DNA of 64,000 nucleotides from an uncultured Bacteroidota bacterium (GTDB lineage Bacteria; Bacteroidota; Bacteroidia; Bacteroidales; SZUA-534): NCBI GenBank assembly GCA_946186925.1, contig CAMHPA010000010.1, positions 2,595 to 66,594 of the forward strand, read 5' to 3'. Shown piece by piece: positions 63,153 to 64,000 of this stretch (position 1 is its first letter; each line of letters starts with the position of its first letter). The notes under the pieces were generated by a model. It saw only the letters and a program-made list of their open reading frames with translations, ran no database searches and was not told where the DNA came from. The position numbers and the translations under genes were made by a program.

Positions 63153-63815
63153 ATGATTATCGCACTTGCAGTTGTTGCCGTTATGGCTTTTCTGTTTTAC
63201 GCTTCGTACAGCATAAAATCGCAAGTGTATGTGAAGGCTCTGTGCTGCGTTGAAACCGCTGAAAAGGTTGTGTATCTGACATTTGACGACGGCCCCGACG
63301 CAGAGCAGACACCCCAAGTGCTCGACGTGCTGAAGCGCAACAACGCCAAAGCCGTTTTTTTCTGCATCGGCAGTCGTATTGCTGGCAACGAGGCTCTGCT
63401 CAAGCGTATGGCTGACGAAGGTCATCAGATTGGAATACACAGTTTTAGCCACGCAAACAACTTTCCGCTTTTCGGCCGCGGCCGAATGCTTACCGACATC
63501 CGTCAGTGCCAACAGGCCATTGAGCAGGCCACGGGCAGCACAACAACGCTTTTCCGCCCGCCGTTTGGCGTTACAAATCCGACCATCGGTAAGGCTGTCA
63601 AAAGTTTGAATCTCAAGACTATAGGCTGGACCATCCGCACCTACGACACCAATGGCGCCGACCACGCCAAAATCGCGCGCCGCATCAGCCGCCAACTGTG
63701 CCCTGGCGCCATCATCCTTCTTCACGACCGTCTTCCGCAAAGCGCCGAAAGGCTGCAAATGGTGATTGAGGCGGTGAGGACAGCAGGGTATGAAGTGGGG
63801 AGATTGACTATTTGA
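63153..63815 (+). CDS. polysaccharide deacetylase (CE4) family protein, membrane-anchored
   Basis: An N-terminal TM helix is followed by VVYLTFDDGPD, AVFFCIG and GHQIGIHSFSH. Confidence 0.85.
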   Translation: MIIALAVVAVMAFLFYASYSIKSQVYVKALCCVETAEKVVYLTFDDGPDAEQTPQVLDVLKRNNAKAVFFCIGSRIAGNEALLKRMADEGHQIGIHSFSHANNFPLFGRGRMLTDIRQCQQAIEQATGSTTTLFRPPFGVTNPTIGKAVKSLNLKTIGWTIRTYDTNGADHAKIARRISRQLCPGAIILLHDRLPQSAERLQMVIEAVRTAGYEVGRLTI

Positions 63816-63840
63816 GTGTGATTGTACCCTGAATTTTTGC

Positions 63841-64000
63841 TTAACCCATTACCACATCGAGTACCATCATCAGGGCAAAGCCTATGGCGAATCCGATAGT
63901 GCTGATGTTGGAGTGCTCGCCTTGTGAGGCCTCGGGAATCAGCTCCTCGACAACCACATAGAGCATTGCGCCGGCGGCAAATGGCAGCAAAAATGGCATT
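63841..64000 (-). CDS. ZIP family metal transporter (ZupT-like), C-terminal fragment; the gene continues beyond the window
   Basis: My own minus-strand translation ends ...PFLLPFAAGAMLYVVVEELIPEASQGEHSNISTIGFAIGFALMMVLDVVMG*. It is absent from the ORF track because it is shorter than 60 aa within the window. Confidence 0.7.
   Translation of the reverse strand, partial: MPFLLPFAAGAMLYVVVEELIPEASQGEHSNISTIGFAIGFALMMVLDVVMG

Overview
The window looks like a Bacteroidales-type chromosomal segment. Supporting this are several TAnnTTTG -7 promoter boxes 15-25 nt upstream of start codons, T9SS C-terminal sorting domains, BspA-type LRR proteins and an aryl-polyene/flexirubin-like lipid cluster. I call about 46 CDS and one tRNA-Ala(GGC). 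I see no rRNA, CRISPR array, transposase, integrase or recognisable defence genes.

Housekeeping genes: argH, relA/spoT, miaB, recO, yidD, pgk, manA, a dus-family gene, a U32 peptidase and a PorZ-like T9SS component.

Visibly AT-richer accessory blocks interleaved with them:
- A glycan-modification trio: GT4, WbqC and a FemAB-like gene.
- Three orphan P-loop ATPase genes, each preceded by its own private array of short promoter-proximal repeats.
- A 2,063-aa BspA-LRR/T9SS protein with five tandem 207-nt repeats.
- A CPBP protease + ABC-2 exporter operon.
- A compact dehydratase-thioesterase-KS-ACP-KS-CLF-deacetylase cluster, separated from a candidate O-methyltransferase by one of the ATPase cassettes.

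Best candidates for an undescribed system:
1. The translationally coupled pair at 47391-52666. A 163-aa secreted protein with a T9SS-CTD-like tail sits upstream of a 1,595-aa protein. That protein has a C10 (streptopain-type) protease domain, an LRR block, about 850 aa I cannot assign, and no sorting domain of its own.
2. The tightly packed MBL hydrolase / 1,263-aa sensor-receiver-PPDK_N ATP-grasp protein / LuxR-type regulator with a degenerate receiver, at 10340-15581.

All family calls come from motif recognition by eye. No database search, GC calculation or structure prediction was possible, so novelty is unverified.
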